The position numbers were made by a program, and so were the translations under genes. Positions 61,798-64,000 of a stretch of DNA of 64,000 bases are shown one piece after another. Every line of letters begins with the position of its first letter. Position 1 is the stretch's first letter. The notes under the pieces were generated by a model. The model was given only the letters and a program-made list of their open reading frames with translations. It was not told where the DNA came from and made no database searches. The stretch lies in the IMG/VR virus record IMGVR_UViG_3300012533_000005; one strand, 5' to 3'. The stretch is from a virus (taxonomy: Duplodnaviria > Heunggongvirae > Uroviricota > Caudoviricetes).

Positions 61798-63246
61798 ATG
61801 ATAATAGATATAACACCATTTTCTGATTTTAACCTATTCTTTGCTTGGTACATGAATGTTATCAAGTCAAAGGTTGATGGATATGATGTTTCTATGGGTT
61901 CGGATGAAGTACATTTAAAATTTGGTAAATTAACTGAAGAAGAAAGGTCTTTTACCGAAAGAATGATTAGAAAAATTCAACTTATACCTAAAGGAATAGG
62001 TTTTGATAATGATGATACAATAGGGACTTTTGCTTGTTACTGGGATAAACAAAAGAAAAAAGCAATTATAAAATACCCTTCTGTTACTTACTATTGGTTG
62101 AGGTTTCCTGAAATGATTAAAGCAGCCTTTCAACATGAGATAGGTCATATTGTTAATGGGGATATTACATATAAGAGCGAACACGGTGAAGCTTATCAAC
62201 AAGAACACCATCAATGTATTAATGTGTCGCAGGATGTTAGGATTAATCAAAACCTAAATTATCAAACTTTAGATTATATTAATCGTTGCTTATTCACTTT
62301 CACAAATTCTGTTACAAAATTAAATGTACCTGAACAATACTTCCCTAAATGTGGATTAAATGTTCATGCTTATAAAGGAAGGGCTACTGCTAATTTTATA
62401 CATAAGAATTACCATAATATGCACCCAAAACCTCAACCAACAAAGGATGAAATGGTTTTGAAAATAGGCTCTTATGTAAAAACATTAGTTGATAAATACG
62501 GATACCCTAAAGACACTTATGGAAGAATAGTAGGAAAGACTCCAATAAGTAATGATGTTTTTGACTATACCATAGTTAAAATTACAGATGAAGAAATTGT
62601 AGCTTTAGATAAAGAAGATTATATGTTCTTTGAACAATTTAATGACCCTGCACAGAATATAATGGGTAATTATATTTTTCCTGAAAAATTTATTAAGGAT
62701 AATTTAATTGGTAGTTATAAATATAATGAAGATGTAGAAGAATTAGAGGTTTTACAAAGACCTGTATCTAGTAAAATAAAGCCCGAAGTAGGAAGTATAG
62801 CATTATCAATTAAAAAAATAGGCTCTATATCCGAAGCAAATTACTCCATAATATCTAAAGTGATAGATGAAGAAAAGGGTAAATGTGTGCTTAACGAATT
62901 TACAGATGAATTACAAAAGATAATTGGTGCTGGAGATGCTGATACTTATTTTGAAAAATTAAGAATAGGTAAAGATTTATTTAACGGAAATTCTGAAGAA
63001 GGAATATTTAAGATTGATTTTGTGATTTTCCCATTATCACCAAATCCTAAAAATCCACCACCACCTCCGCCACCTGATACCAAGAATGTTGATAAACCAA
63101 AAGAAGGGGATGTTGTTCAAATTAAAAAGGGAGATAAAAAAGGTAAGTATGGTGTTATTCAAAAAATAACCGAAGATGGTGAATATGTTATAACAGAAGT
63201 TTCTGAAGAAGTAGCAAAGGCTATGGTAGCAAAAAAAGGAATTTAA
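61798..63246 (+). CDS. HExxH zinc metallopeptidase (possibly ImmA/IrrE-like) with poly-Pro linker and small C-terminal SH3/KOW-like domain
   Basis: AAFQHEIGHIVNGD (compare ImmA/IrrE xxAHELGHIxLH). PPPPPPPD linker. C-terminus GDVVQIKKGDKKGKYGVIQKITEDGEYVITEV. Confidence 0.5.
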   Translation: MIIDITPFSDFNLFFAWYMNVIKSKVDGYDVSMGSDEVHLKFGKLTEEERSFTERMIRKIQLIPKGIGFDNDDTIGTFACYWDKQKKKAIIKYPSVTYYWLRFPEMIKAAFQHEIGHIVNGDITYKSEHGEAYQQEHHQCINVSQDVRINQNLNYQTLDYINRCLFTFTNSVTKLNVPEQYFPKCGLNVHAYKGRATANFIHKNYHNMHPKPQPTKDEMVLKIGSYVKTLVDKYGYPKDTYGRIVGKTPISNDVFDYTIVKITDEEIVALDKEDYMFFEQFNDPAQNIMGNYIFPEKFIKDNLIGSYKYNEDVEELEVLQRPVSSKIKPEVGSIALSIKKIGSISEANYSIISKVIDEEKGKCVLNEFTDELQKIIGAGDADTYFEKLRIGKDLFNGNSEEGIFKIDFVIFPLSPNPKNPPPPPPPDTKNVDKPKEGDVVQIKKGDKKGKYGVIQKITEDGEYVITEVSEEVAKAMVAKKGI

Positions 63247-63269
63247 TATTAAAAAATATTTTTGTTAAA

Positions 63270-63944
63270 ATGGATATAAATAAAGCAATAAGAGATTTAA
63301 TTGATGCGACGATTCAAAATCCAAACGCATACAGCCAAGATGATATTAAGGGTTCGGTTGCTAATTATACTGAATGTAGTGATTTTGAATTAAGTAGTGA
63401 TGATATTAAAATAGGTCTTGAAAGGATTTATAAATACTTAGATATTAATGAGCTGTCGGAGAATAAATCTTGCATAATTACTAACTCTGTTAACGGTAAA
63501 ATTGCAAGAGATATTATTGAAAACATTCATATTTATTGTTTTGATAACGATTATTATTGCTCTATGGCAAGTAGAATAGTTAATAAGGAAAAAAATAAAT
63601 CAGATAAGATTGAGTTCTTATTTGGTGATATTAGCCAGTTCTTTACATCTGATTTTAACTCAACATTTAACGCTGATTTTGTTATTACTTGCCCAAGTAA
63701 ACATAATGAAGCTTATAAGGACTTGGATTCTGAAATGGAGTATCGTCAAATGAACTCATACGAATACTATACAAAAAGAAGTATTGAGTTTTTACAGGTA
63801 GGTGGTATTTGTTTAAGCATTGTCCCTTCGTCAATGGAAAGATATGTGGTATCAAAATTATTATCTTCTGAAAAACCTGTTTCAGTTTTAGATACTATTA
63901 AATTCAGTAAAGGCTATTCATTTATTTACATAAAAAAGATATAA
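63270..63944 (+). CDS. hypothetical protein (224 aa)
   Basis: ORF, last complete gene in the window. Another ATG follows at 63946. Confidence 0.5.
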   Translation: MDINKAIRDLIDATIQNPNAYSQDDIKGSVANYTECSDFELSSDDIKIGLERIYKYLDINELSENKSCIITNSVNGKIARDIIENIHIYCFDNDYYCSMASRIVNKEKNKSDKIEFLFGDISQFFTSDFNSTFNADFVITCPSKHNEAYKDLDSEMEYRQMNSYEYYTKRSIEFLQVGGICLSIVPSSMERYVVSKLLSSEKPVSVLDTIKFSKGYSFIYIKKI

Positions 63945-64000
63945 TATGGACTATACAAAGCTTCCTTTGAAATCAAGGAATAAAAACATTCAAACAATAT

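Overview
This window reads as a 64 kb stretch of an AT-rich (roughly 30% GC) double-stranded DNA bacteriophage genome. It is transcribed almost entirely on the + strand; the one convincing minus-strand gene is 40341-41417. The host is probably Bacteroidota: genes have A-rich leaders without Shine-Dalgarno sequences (recurrent AAATAAATCAAAATG), and there are TTG / TAnnTTTG promoter boxes. No capsid, portal, terminase or tRNA genes were recognised. Contents, 5' to 3':

- **1-600:** a G-rich degenerate repeat block.
- **0.6-2.65 kb:** two genes, one with a histone-H1-like Lys-rich tail.
- **2.65-4.93 kb:** a 2.3 kb non-coding region with a terminator, iteron-like TTGATTT repeats and three adjacent short tandem repeats.
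- **4.9-12.6 kb:** an early-type region of many small ORFs, separated by about 17 copies of a perfect 22 bp palindrome, CAGTTATTTTATAAAATAACTG.
- **11-36 kb:** scattered DNA-metabolism and accessory genes. Recognisable ones are three HNH endonucleases, a Gp37/Gp68-like protein, two DEDD exonucleases, T4 endonuclease V (DenV), SSB, a SpoT/Mesh1-like HD alarmone hydrolase, MazG-like and SPFH-like proteins, a second histone-like Lys/Ala-rich protein and an XRE repressor. Between them sits a five-gene tandem paralog array.
- **41.5-64 kb:** one long + strand operon. It encodes a poxvirus-type topoisomerase IB (TopIB), a 1881-aa polyvalent protein (duplicated PARP-like ADP-ribosyltransferase (ART) domains plus a GNAT domain) and a 1584-aa second giant protein. 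About 13 small paralogous proteins all end in a (D/N/S)-G-x-(I/F) motif. It also encodes a VWA protein, an acidic-repeat protein, an AAA+-type ATPase and an HExxH metallopeptidase.

Both giant proteins are punctuated by recurrent x-(D/N/K)-G-G-(G)-hydrophobic-x-E linkers that coincide with module boundaries.
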